A DNA stretch of 64,000 bases. Origin: Mobula hypostoma (lineage: Eukaryota). Made by a program: the position numbers and the translations under genes. The notes below the pieces were generated by a model, which searched no databases, was not told the DNA's origin, and was given only the letters and a program-made list of their open reading frames with translations. The DNA lies in contig NC_086097.1 in assembly GCF_963921235.1 (NCBI RefSeq), positions 247,382,001 to 247,446,000 of the forward strand. The letters run 5' to 3'. Of the stretch, positions 12,895 to 24,245 are shown one piece after another; position 1 is the first letter of the stretch, and each line of letters starts with the position of its first letter.

Positions 12895-13934
12895 ACAGGT
12901 GGATGCTTTCCTGGTGTCATGGATTCTTGATTACCTGACTGGCAGACCACAGTACGTGTGCTTGCAACACCGTGTGTCCGACAGAGTGATCAGCAGCACT
13001 GGGGCTCCACAGGGGACTGTCTTGTCTCCCTTTCTCTTCACCATTTACACCTCGGACTTCAACTACTGCACAGAGTCTTGTCATCTTCAGAAGTTTTCGA
13101 TGACTCTGCCACAGTTGGATGCATCAGCAAGGGAGATGAGGCTGAATACAGGGCTACGGTAGGAAACTTTGTCACATGGCGTGAGCAGAATTATCTGCAG
13201 ATTAATGTGAAAAAGACTAAGGAGCTGGCGGTAGACCTGAGGAGAGCTAAGGTACCGGTGACCCCTGTTTCCATGCAGGGGGTCAATGTGGACATGGTGG
13301 AGGATTAAAATACCTGGGGATACGAATTGACAATAAACTGGACTGGTCAAAGAACACTGAGGCTGTCTACAAGAAGGGTCAGAGCCATCTCTATTTCCTG
13401 AGGAGACTGAGGTCCTTTAACATCTGCCGGACGATGCTGAGGATGTTCTACGAGTCTGTGGTGGCCAGTGCTATCATGTTTGCTGTTGTGCGCTGGGGCA
13501 GCAGGCTGAGGGTAGCAGATACCAACAGAATCAACAAACTCATTCGTAAGGCCAGTGATGTTGTGGGGATGGAACTGGACTCTCTGACGGTGGTGTCTCA
13601 GTTGCATGCCATCTTGGACAATGTCTCCCATCCACTACATAATGTACTAGTTGGGCACAGGAGTACATTCAGCCAGAGACTCATTCCACCGAGATGCAAC
13701 ACAGAGCGTCATAGGAAGTCATTCCTGCCTGTGGCCATCAAACTTTACAACTCCTCCCTCGGAGGGTCAGACACCCTGAGCCAATAGGCTGGTCCTGGAC
13801 TTATTTCCTGGCATAATTTACATATTACTATTTAATTATTTATGGTTTTATTAGTATTTAATTATTTATGGTGCAACTGTAAGAAAAACCAATTTCCCCC
13901 GGGATCAATAAAGTATGACTATGACTATGACTAT
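12895..13934 (+). mobile_element. Rex1/Babar LINE 3' half (RT)
   Basis: WILDYLTGRPQYV, STGAPQGTVLSPFLFTIYTSDF, DDSATVGCI, LRMFYESVVASAIMFAVV; aataaag followed by (tatgac)n tail. Confidence 0.85.
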
Positions 13935-14649
13935 ATACCACATGATTTAAAAAAAACTATGAACCATACCTATGTCTCTCATAATCTTCTGTACTTCTGT
14001 CAGGTCACTCAGGAGCTTCCTTTCGCTCCCGGGACAGCAAGCCCAGCCCGTCCAATCTCTCCCCATAACTAGACTGCTCTCCACCCAGGACATGGCCTCT
14101 TCCCATTACTCCCATCAAGAAGGAGGTACAGGAGCCTGGAATACTTCTTCCCCTTTGCCATCAAATTTCTGAACAGTTCCTGAATCTATGAACACTACCT
14201 CATTTCTTTGCTCTCTGTTTTGACCTATTTAGTCTTTTTTTATATACAGTACTGTGCAAGTCTTAAGTACCCTAACAATGAATATGTGCCAAAGACTGTA
14301 TTAAATAGAAAAATCTCTTTTCTGCTCAGCTATAAATTCCACTTCACTATAGAATGCATCTCCATTTAAATGGAGTATATATACAGTATACTATATAATA
14401 CAACTGTTATATAGACATCCATGGCATAGTAAATTTTAAATTGTCCCACATAGGCCTAAAGATTTAATTGCTGAGTAGGATTTCTAACTCTTGTGGGATA
14501 ACATCTTTCCTGATAAGTGAGGCCACTCGTCTTGGCAGATGAGACTTCAGGCTGTGAAACAATCTCAGTTTCTGAAGCCTCCTCTGTGGTGAATGTAGGA
14601 GTTAACTCTGAGACTGCAAGGAGTGCTTCTGACAGCTCGGGACACTTTT

Positions 14650-15104
14650 CTTCTCTTTTTCTCAGCTCTTCTCTCTGGATTTACGTCAATCCTTGCTTCC
14701 CTCCTGGCCCTGGCTTCTTTCTCTCTCCTTATCCCACTCTCAATCCCTTTCTTGGTCAGGCACATTTTCCTTATCCTTAGTTCTCTCACAATCCCTATCG
14801 CAGTCTCACTCGTGGTCCTGATCCCACTCATGCTCTCATTTCCACTCTTTTTCTTTCTCACGTTCCTTTTCCCTTCAATGCCCTCCTCTTTCTCATCCCA
14901 TCTCTTCTCTCCTTTTCAACTTTGTCTTTCTTTTTCTCACCTTCTTTTCTCCTCTAGTTTCTAGTGAGTATGTCTGAATTTGCTATTTTTTGAGAAATTA
15001 GGTCTTATTTATCCTCTTCTATTTCCATGTCATCCTTCTGTTTCTTTTCCCTTTTCTTCTTTCTAGGATGTATTTAGCTCACTGAAGAAGGGTGCCTCAA
15101 TTGC
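14650..15104 (-). pseudogene. RBM25: Processed (intronless) RBM25 fragment inside the Gypsy element
   Basis: Minus-strand translation with frameshifts: AIE..SELN/HPRKKKREKKQKDDMEIEEDK*DLISQK/SKFRHTH*KLEEK..EKERQ, then a decayed RE/RD repeat ending KSREKS. This matches RBM25 as I recall it (HPRKKKKEKKE..EMEEDKRDLISREISKFRDTHKKLEEEK..RSREKSR). Confidence 0.85.
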
Positions 15105-15219
15105 ATCTCTGGCTGATGTTCCATTGATATAGCTATTTCAACTGCTCTTTTAAATGTAAGTTGAGCTTCAGTTAGGAGTCATTTTTGAATGCTTTCTTGT
15201 AAGATTCGATAAACTAAAT

Positions 15220-16419
15220 CAAGGGCCCCTAACCTTTTTTGTACCGCCGACCGTTTTAATATTGACAATCTACTTGCAGACCGACCGACTGGGGGGGGGG
15301 TAGGTTTGCCAACGGACAAGAGTAGCAGTCAGATATGTTGCGTTTACCCCGAGAAAGACTACTATGACCATGAAGCCTTGAGCAGGCACCTGTGTGCACA
15401 TGCGTGACTTGTGCATGTGTGTACGTGCCGTTTTTTTCTACAGATCGTTTTTGGCAATTCTGTTCGGGGGGGGGTGTTAATTACAACCGGAATATAGGTG
15501 ATAAGTGGCTAATACACTCAATTTTGTTTCTAAAAGGGTTTATCTAACGAATTTAATATTAAACACACAGAGCATATTTTCCTCGCATGAATATAGTGAT
15601 AAGTCAATTATCAGGGGAGGACAGGGGAGCTTGAAGTAAGTGTTGAACGAACTTCCAGTAGAAGTGGTAGAGGCAGGTTCGATATTATCATTTAACGAAA
15701 AATTGGATAGGTATATGGACAAGAAAGGAATGGAGGGTTATGGGGTGAGTGCAGGTCGGTGGGACTTGGTGAGAGTAGTGTTCGGCACGGAGTAGAAGGG
15801 CAGAGATAGCCTGTTTCTGCGCTGTAATTGTTATATGGTTATATATTGGATATTAAACACACAGCACATAGTTTCCCCATATGAACATATAAAATCATTG
15901 CAACATACCAATATCACTGAATCAGTGGGAGCCCTGGGCTTGTTTTCCTGCAACAAGACGGTGCCATCGAGAGGTGATGGGAGACAGCAATACTTGAAGA
16001 GGGTTCCTTATGTCCAGTCTATTCCACAATTTAGTTTCCGTTGCATTCATTGCAGAGATATGTTGGAAATGGAAGCAACATTTTCAGTGCTTTCGTGGCT
16101 ATCTCAGGATATTTAGCCTTAACTTTGATCTGGAATGCTGGCAGAGATGTTATGTCAAACATACTTTTCAGCCCGCTGTCATTTGCAAGCTCGAGGAATT
16201 AACCTCCTTCCTGTGCTGACATGGATGACGCGTGGGTCATGACCTCGCATGCGTAATGACCTCACATTCAAGCTTAACAGTGGGCATGACAGGGAATGAG
16301 GAAAGGTGCAGCTGACTCATATTGTTTCATATTGCCAAATCATATCATTTCCTCATGGCCTGGTAGCACATGCTTTGTGGCTCAGTACCGGTCTGCGGCC
16401 CTGTGGTTGGGGACTGCTG
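15220..16419. mobile_element. hAT (Charlie-like) non-autonomous DNA transposon
   Basis: TIRs caagggcccctaacc / ggttggggactgctg; perfect 8-bp TSD aactaaat (15212-15219, 16420-16427); interrupts Gypsy gag. Confidence 0.85.
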
Positions 16420-17297
16420 AACTAAATGATAAGTCTATTACCAAATTGATAATACTCAATCTTTTCAATTTAGCATGTACACTGAGATGAACTCACCTTC
16501 CTTTTGATTCTGCATATTTGTAATCCAAGGAGCAGAAAGCGCAGAATCAAATATCGTTATGATGATTGTACATTCCAGTATCAATTGTTTGGTGACAATA
16601 AAGTATATGAAACCTAAAACATTCTGCAATCAATAATGGTTTCAGTTGTAAATGTTTCTGCTTTACTTTCATGATATCAGCAAAACTCATTTTGGCTGGT
16701 TTGGTTGGAGCAAACTGTATGCCTTTAACTCCAATGCACTCAGCAAACTGGTACTTGCTTCTCATTGGTTATTTTATTTGCTTCAAAATACTGTTCAATC
16801 TGTTTGGTATTCAAAATCCAGTTAACTTTGTGCGATTGAATGTATCAATATTTCCATTGTGGCCAGCTAGTTCTCTTATTTTTAAAATATTATTATTATC
16901 AGCCAGTGCTCACTGTTTATGAACCCATGAATTTGTCCACTTTTCCGCCCTTTTTTTAAACTTGACCACGTCTTCCCTTCTGAAGAACACGTGCTGTGAT
17001 TTTGTTTTTAAACTCAAAGGTCTCGCTGCACTTCAACGGGCAGGTATTCGTCTCCAGTTTATTAAAAACTTACTCATCGCCACTGTTATGTTTTCATAAA
17101 CCTAACGAGATAAAAAGAAGGAGCTGGGAATAACTCGTGTATGGACTAGTTTTACTTTTAGCGAGACACACACTTATGTGTTCGTATACTCTGTATATAC
17201 TGTATAACATAATGAATTATTCAACCAACAAAGAATGCTTAATCAAACTATATATTTACAATATTAATCAAATATGACTCATGTTAAATAAACAACT

Positions 17298-17671
17298 CTC
17301 AGCTTGAACTATTTTGACGATTCTCCTCTGACCTCTCATTAACAAGGCATTTTTGTCCACAGAACTGCTACTCACTGGATTTTTTTTTTGTTTTTAGCTC
17401 TGTTCTCTGTAAACTCTAGAAACTGTAGTGCATGAAAATCCCAGGAGGTCAGAAATTCAAACCACCCTGCCTGGCACCAACACCCATTCCACAGTCAAAG
17501 TCACTTAGATCACATTTCTTCCTCTTTCTGATATTTGGTCTGAACGACAACGGAACCTCTTGACCATGTTGGCATGCTTTTATGCACTGAGCTTCTGTCA
17601 CGTGTTTGTCTGATTAGATATTTGAACGAATGAGAATTTATTAGTGTAGCTAATAAAGTGGCAACAGAGTG
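17298..17671 (-). mobile_element. Tc1-like fragment, same family as 3442-3883
   Basis: Reverse complement of the same transposase 5' region; TIR cactctgttgccactttattag with flanking TA. Confidence 0.7.
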
Positions 17672-18440
17672 TATATTATAGATAGATAGATAGATATACT
17701 TTATTGATCCTGAGGGAAATTGGGTTTCTTTACAGCTGCACCAACCAGAGCATAAATATAGCAATACAAAAACCACAAACAATCAAACAACAATACGCAA
17801 GCTATGCCAGATGGAAATAAGTCCAGGACCAGCCTATTGGCTCAGGGTGTCTGACCCTGAGTCAGTAGGCTTATTTTACTGGCTTATTTGTGAAAGCTGG
17901 AAAAATGCTGAGTACATTTCAGTACAAAAGTTGGGAGTTCATGGTATAGTTGGATTAGATGATGCTGAAGCTGCACTTTGGATACTGTATTCATTTTTGG
18001 TCCCCTTCTATAGGAAGGATGTTGTTAAACTGCAAAGAGTGCAGTAATGACTTAAATCGATGCTGTCAGGACTGAGGGACTGATTTATAGGGAGAGGTTA
18101 GATAGGGCAAGACTTAGAGCTTAGGAGACCGCATAGTGGTCACGTAAAGGTGCATAAAATCACGAGGAACACAGAGAGAGTAAATATATCCCTAGAGTTG
18201 GGTTATCAAGAACTAGAGGATGAAGGTTTGAAGTGAGAGTTCAAAGTTCAAAGTAAGTTTACTATCAAAGTGCTTGTCTGTCACCATCTCCAACCCTGAG
18301 ATTTATTTTCTTGTGGGCATACTTAGTAAATCCAAGAACCATAACAGAATTAATTCTGGCCCGAAACATCGACTGTACAAACAATGGATGTGCAAATCAC
18401 ATCAAACTATGCAAATATAAAAGAGAAATAGTAATAATAA

Positions 18441-19190
18441 CAATGCAGGATCAGGTGGTTAACACAAAAAATTATCAAAAATACATAATAAAAGACCAAC
18501 AAATTCAAGATGATAAATGTAGAAAATGTCAAGAAAAACCAGAAACAGTATTACAGCATTACAGTATAACAGCATTACAGGATCCTGTAGCAACTTAACT
18601 CAACCTGATTATTTATACAGGCACAATCAAGTGGCAAGCATCATTCATCAAAATCTTGCTTTAAAATACAAACTCATAAATGAAATCACATCTTAGTATA
18701 AATACAAGCTGGATCCAGTTTTAGAGTCAGAATACCACAAATCATATTACGACTGATCACTTATTACAGATAGGACAATCCATAATCACAGTCCGGATAT
18801 AATAATACAGGATAAACAAGCAAGAACAACTTACTTAATAGATGTAGCCATTCCAAACACACAAAACTTATAAAAATCAATAAGTGAAAAACACCAGAAA
18901 TATGCTGATTTAAAAGAGGAAATTGAAAGACTATGGAACATGAACAAGGTATACAGTACATTGTCCCGATAGTATTATCTACAACTGGTGTCATCCCAAA
19001 GTCATTGCACAATGGCATCAAACAATTAGGCCCACACGGCAATATCTATGTAAATCTTCAGAAAGCCACAATACTAAACACTACTAGAAGTATTCAAAAG
19101 TTCCTAGCAATTGACAAATGAGTGTGCTTGGCTATGCCCGCACCTCAGGTTTTACCAGCTTGAACTGAGAAAAAATAAATAGAAATAATA
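18441..19190 (+). mobile_element. R4/Dong-clade non-LTR retrotransposon 3' fragment with restriction-like endonuclease
   Basis: QDQVVNTKNYQKYI..KCRKCQEKPETV.H..SC (CCHC), YRHNQVASIIHQNLA, PDIIIQDK..YLIDVAIP..KHQKYADLKEEI, IVPIVLSTTGVIPKSL; TAA-rich flanks. Confidence 0.8.
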
Positions 19191-20689
19191 AGTAAGCCCC
19201 AAGAAGGTGGTATCCATTATGAAGGTCCCTCCCCATCTGGGACACGTCCTTTTCTCATTACTGCCATCACAGAGGAGGTACAGGAGCCAGAAGACATGCA
19301 CTCAATGTTTTCAGAACAGCTCCTTGCCCTACACTATCAGATTTCTGAATGGTCCTTGAACCCATGAACACTACATCAAGGCTTTGCCTTCTGCAAAGTC
19401 TACTAATACTTGTGCAAAAAGTACTTCAGGGTTTTACTCCAGAATAACTAGGCCCCAACTTTATATATCTTCACATCCTAAAGAGAAGTTAATGTAGCTT
19501 CTGGTGTCATGATGACTGAAGTCAGTAGCACAAGATGCTCAGTAAAGGTCTCTAGAGTTTCTGGAAATCCTTTCCCAAGGCAATAATTGCACATTAGCTT
19601 GTCTTGTCTAGAAGCTTTCAGTACCTCTTATTAAATAGGCACTCTGAAACCAGAATGTTGGGTGTAGTAACTTTTGTTCCTTGAAACAGACAACAGGTCT
19701 GAAAAATCCAGCAGCTGAGGCAGCTCTGAAGTTTTTGGAAATATCTATCTACTGCTTCCTGTCACAATCTGTGGTCTAGCAGCATGATATAAAGGGGATA
19801 AGTATGGCAGATTCCCTTTCATTCAAACAACATGCTATGTAGAAAAAACCATGAATATCTTGATCCACAAAACTCTTTAGCAATGCCTTTTCTTTTTTGA
19901 TACTTCAAGTTCAGTATTTGTTCTCACATAAAAATTTTGCATGTGGCCTCTGAGCACAAAGCGTGTTTTTGTACCAAACTTGATGCTTCAGTAAACTAGC
20001 TACCATGTGAAAATGCCAGACAACTCGACACAAAGTCGCTGTTACCTGATCTACATAAAATATTGTGGTTAAAGGGCAATGAGTTGGGAGTTACAGTTTT
20101 ACAAAACCACACAACCAGACTTAGAGTGTTGTATTCAATTCCGGTCACCTCATTATAGGAAGGCTGTGGAAGCTTTAGGGAGGGTGTGAGAGGGTTTAAA
20201 GGAGATTTGCCAGGATGATGCCTGGATTAGAGAGCATAGTTTATGAGGATAGGTTGAGTGAGCTGGGCCTTGTATCATTGGAGTGGAGGATTAGAGGTGA
20301 TTTGATCAGGGTGCACAAGATGATAAGAGGCATAGGTCGAGTGGATAACCCGAGGGGGCAACATTTTATTGACTTAGGTTTTGTTAGTGATTTATCAAGC
20401 CATGTCACCCTGGCAACTCCACAACCCCAATTGACCCCTAACCCAATTGGACTGTGGGAGGAATTGGAGCATCTGGGGGAAATCTACACATTCCACGGAG
20501 AAGACATACAGAGACTCCTTACAGAACAGCATCGAAACTGAACTCCAAACCAGAGCTGTAATAGCGTTGCACTAACTACTATGCTACTATTACCCCTTTT
20601 AAGGTGAACAGAAGAAAGTAATGTCAGAGGTAAGCTTTTTACACAGAGTGTTGGTGGGTGGGGGAGTGGGGGTGCGGGTGCATGGAATA

Positions 20690-22010
20690 CCATAAGACCA
20701 TAAGACCATAAGACAAAGGAGCAGAAGTCAGCCATTCGGCCCATCGAGTCTGCTGCGCCATTTTATCATGAGCTGATCCATTCTCCCACTTAGTCCCACT
20801 CCCCTGCCTTCTCACCATAACCTTTGATGCCCTGGCTACTCAGATACCTATCAATCTCTGCCTTAAATACACCCAATGACTTGGCCTCCACTGCTGCCCG
20901 TGGCAACAAATTCCATAGATTCACCACCCTCTGGCTAAAAAGATTCCTTCGCATTTCTGTTCTGAATGGGCACCCTTCAATCCTTAAGTCATGCCCTCTC
21001 GTACTAGACAGCCCCATCATGGGAAACAACTTTGCCACATTCACTCTGTCCATGCCTTTCAACATTCGAAATGTTTCTATGAGGTCTCCCCTCATTCTTC
21101 TAAGCTCCAAGGAATACAGTCCAAGAGCGGACAAACGTTCCTCATATGCTAACCCTCTCATTCCTGGAATCATTCTAGTGAATCTTCTCTGTACCCTCTC
21201 CAACATCAGCACATCCTTTCTTAAATAAGGAGACCAAAACTGCCCACAGTACTCCAAGTGAGGTCTCACCAGTGCCTTATAGAGCCTCAACATCACATCC
21301 CTGCTCCTATACTCTATTCCTCTCAAAATGAATGCCAACATTGCATTTGCCTTCTTCACTACCGACTCAACCTGGAGGTTAACTTTAAGGGTATCCTGTA
21401 CGAGGACTCCCAAGTCCCGTTGCATCTCAGAACTTTGAATTCTTTCCCCATTTAAATAATAGTCTGCCCGTTTATTTCTTCTGCCAAAGTGCATAACCAT
21501 ACACTTTCCAACATTGTATTTCATTTGCCACTTCTCTGCCCATTCTTCCAATCTATCCAAGTCTCTCTGCAGACTCTCCATTTCCTCAGCACTACTGGCC
21601 CCTCCACCTATCTTCGTATCGTCAGCAAACTTAGCCACAAAGCCATCTATTCCATAATCCAAATCGTTGATGTACAATGTAAAAAGAAGCGGCCCCAACA
21701 CGGACCCCTGTGGAACACCAGCCAACCAGAATAGGATCCCTTTATTCCCACTCTCTGTTTCCTGCCAATCAGCCAACGCTCTATCCACGTATGTAACTTT
21801 CCCGTAATTCCATGTGCTCTTATCTTGTTAAGTAGCCTCACGTGTGGCACCTTGTCAAAGGCCTTCTGAAAATCCAAATATACAACATCCACTGCATCTC
21901 CCTTGTCTAGCCTACTTGTAGTTTCCTCAAAAAATTGTAATAGGTTTGTCAGGCAGGATTTTCCTTTAAGGAATCTATGCTGAGTTCTGCCTATCTTGTC
22001 ATATGCCTCC
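20690..22010 (-). mobile_element. Young CR1 LINE 3' part with a largely open RT frame
   Basis: 332-aa ORF 20790-21788 with GVPQGSVLGPLLF and KFADDTK; (cataagac)n tail. Confidence 0.9.
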
Positions 22011-22665
22011 AGGCCAGGCAGGCAGATACATTAGGCACATTTAAGAAACTCTTATGCACCTGGATGATAGTAAAATAGAGGGCTATGTAGGAGGGAAGGG
22101 AAGGGTTAGGTTTATTTTGGTTGGCACAACATTGTGAGCCAAAGAGCCTGTACTGTGGTGTTTTATGTTTTATCATGGAGACAGTTGCTTTATTTCAGAT
22201 TTATTTAATGAACTGAATGTAAATTTCACAACTGCAGTGCTGGGACTCAAACTGAAATATCCAGATCAATAGTTCACACCCCTGGATATCAGTTAACGGC
22301 TCCATTGCTGTTATTGCTTTTCAAGAGCATCTAGGAATGAGCAATAAATATGTCAGTGTCCCATAACCTAATTTTTAAGTGTTCAAAATATGACTTAATA
22401 AATGCAGGATGTAAGTAGGAATCTAAGGAGGAGGCTACGTAGCATCCATGCCCCGACGACCAGACTCAAAAACAATTACTTTCCCCAAGCAGTGAGGCTG
22501 ATCAACACCTCCAGCCACTAACACACCCCTCCACACCCCCAACCACCACTACTTTATCACATCCTGTCAGAGTCACTTATATACAGACACTCCTGTACCT
22601 AGCGTCACTCAATGGACATACAATCAATCTATGTATATAAGATAACTTTGGTATTTATATTTATT

Positions 22666-22958
22666 ATAGGCATCTGTTAGTCTCGTGAGACCATGGATTT
22701 GCGCCTTGGAAGGTTTCCAGGGCGCAGGCTTGGGCAAGATTGTATGGAAGACCGGCAGTTGCCCTTGCTGCAAGTCTCCCCTCTTCACGCCACCGATGTT
22801 GTCCAAGGGAAGGGCATTAGGACCCATACAGCTTGGCACCGGTGTCGTCACAGAGCAATGTGTGGTTAAGTGCCTTGCTCAAGGACACAGCTGAGGCTTG
22901 AACTAGCGACCTTCAGATCACTAGACGACGCCTTAACCACTTGGCAACGCGCCAACAC
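22666..22958 (-). mobile_element. tRNA-derived SINE with TSD
   Basis: tRNA head (ttgccaagtggttaaggcg...ctagttcaagcc), core gtgtccttgagcaaggcacttaaccac; 10-bp TSD tatatttatt (22656-22665, 22959-22968). Confidence 0.8.
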
Positions 22959-23668
22959 TATATTTATTGTGTGTGTTTTTATATGATTATTATCTTTACC
23001 ATATAGTGTTTTTTTGTGCTGCATTGGATCCAGATTTCCGAATATTTCATCCTCCTTGGCATGCTGGAAGTGACATTAAACAATCTTGAATCTTGAAACA
23101 GACACAGTCTTCCTTGAACTGACACGAGACTAGCTGAGAATCTGAAGTGATTCTGATCCACTTGAAATGGAGGTTGAAACACACCGTGGAGCCCATTTCA
23201 AGCTCATCATGTCAGCTCTGCCCATCCAGCCGATCGGGATCATTACCTCTCGCTCTCAAAGTTCAAACTGAGTTTACTACCTAAGTATGTATAGCATACA
23301 CAACCTTGAGATACGTTTTCATACAGGCACCCACAGGAAAACAAATAAGTACAATAGACTCGATGAAAAACCACACGTAACAAAGGCAGAGTCCCTGAAC
23401 GCGAGTCTACACTCAGCACTGAGGCCAGTGAAGTCATCCACGCCCAATGACTGTTGGGCAACAACTGGTGGTGCAGGACCCAAGATTCCTGCAACTCCTG
23501 CCCGATGTTAGTCGCCAGAAGAGAGGGAGATGGATCAAACAGAGGTCGAGGGGACAGGTTCAGGTGGGGGGGGGGGGGAATCCTGGCTGGTTACCCTTTC
23601 CCACTGAACTCAATTGAAACACAGAGCACAGAACATGATTCTCAGCCATCAAAATGAAACTGCCATAC

Positions 23669-23856
23669 CTGGAGGGGATTGGGTGGAGTCAGCGGTGAGT
23701 GGAGGCCTTGCCCCGGCGACTGGCTTTGCTTCTGAGGGGGAGATGCCTGCTGGCCAGGCAGCTGGTGGTTCGGTTGTTGTTGCTGCTGCCCCTGTTGTTG
23801 CTGTAGCTGCTGGAGATGTTGGAGTTGCTGTATTTGAGAATTCAAGGATGAGGTAG
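23669..23856 (-). CDS. POU6F2: Internal coding exon of POU class 6 homeobox 2 (Q/P-rich region)
   Basis: Polypyrimidine tract and acceptor tatttttctctttatttaccacAG; donor CAG|GTATGG; 188 nt, phase 1 to 0. Encodes ATSSLNSQIQQLQHLQQLQQQQ...SPPQKQSQSPGQGLHSPLTPPNPLQ; both ends match POU6F2 as I recall it (ATSSLNSQLQQLQ...SPPQKPSQSPGHGLPSPLTPPNPLQ). Confidence 0.92.
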
Positions 23857-24024
23857 CTGTGGTAAATAAAGAGAAAAATATCACATTGCGTACACATACA
23901 GTAGGCTTAAGACATCATAAAAGAACTTTATCTTAGTCAACTCTATTTATGCTCTCATTCTCTCGCAAAGACAAGAATTCCGCAGAGGTTGGAGATCTTG
24001 AGCAACTCACACAGAACGCTGAGA

Positions 24025-24245
24025 GGGGCATGGTAGTGTAATGGTTAGCACCACAGCTTACAGTGCAGGTGACCCAGGTTCAAATCCAGCCGCCCTCTGC
24101 CAGGAGTTCGTGCATTCTCCCTCTGACCAAGTTGGTTTCCTCCGGGTGCTCCGGTTTCCTCCCACATTTGGTAGGTTAAGCAGTCATCATAAATTACCCT
24201 GTGATTAGGCTAGGATTACACTGGGGGATTGCTGGGTGGTGTGGA
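24025..24245 (+). mobile_element. tRNA-derived SINE (HE1/V-SINE-like)
   Basis: tggtagtgtaatggttagc box A, ggttcaaatcc box B, ggtttcctccgggtgctccggtttcctcccac core. Confidence 0.8.

Larger units (their letters stand above)
14300..17297 (-). mobile_element. Gypsy LTR retrotransposon (Mag/K02A2.6-like), internally rearranged: 5' LTR 17084-17297, PBS, gag 5' part, captured host fragment, integrase tail, PPT
   Basis: The LTR matches the LTR at 56136-56376; PBS-like TGGCGATGAG follows it. Gag reads EQYFEANKI..APTKPAKMSFADI..KPLLIAECFRFH..LLTEAQLTFKRAVEIAISME. 14330-14645 is homologous to the pol tail and 3' UTR at 55790-56130. Confidence 0.8.

Noticed and set aside
14565..14964. ORFs 14565-14861 (-) and 14623-14964 (+, hydrophobic) as novel or membrane proteins
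   Set aside because: They are off-frame and antisense readings of the GA-rich RBM25 fragment.
18355..18378. Further hammerhead motifs (also about 24255-24280 and 31795-31830)
   Set aside because: Only partial or mutated cores; CUGANGA or GAAA is missing.
19690..19745. Ala-rich stretch as the next POU6F2 exon (LVNNPLASQAAAA)
   Set aside because: The minus-strand frames I translated do not match that peptide.
20790..21788. 332-aa RT ORF as an active element or host gene
   Set aside because: 5'-truncated CR1 lacking the endonuclease, with a frameshift just upstream of GVPQG.
23614..23897. Overlapping ORFs 23614-23856 (+) and 23649-23897 (-)
   Set aside because: Shadow frames of the POU6F2 exon.
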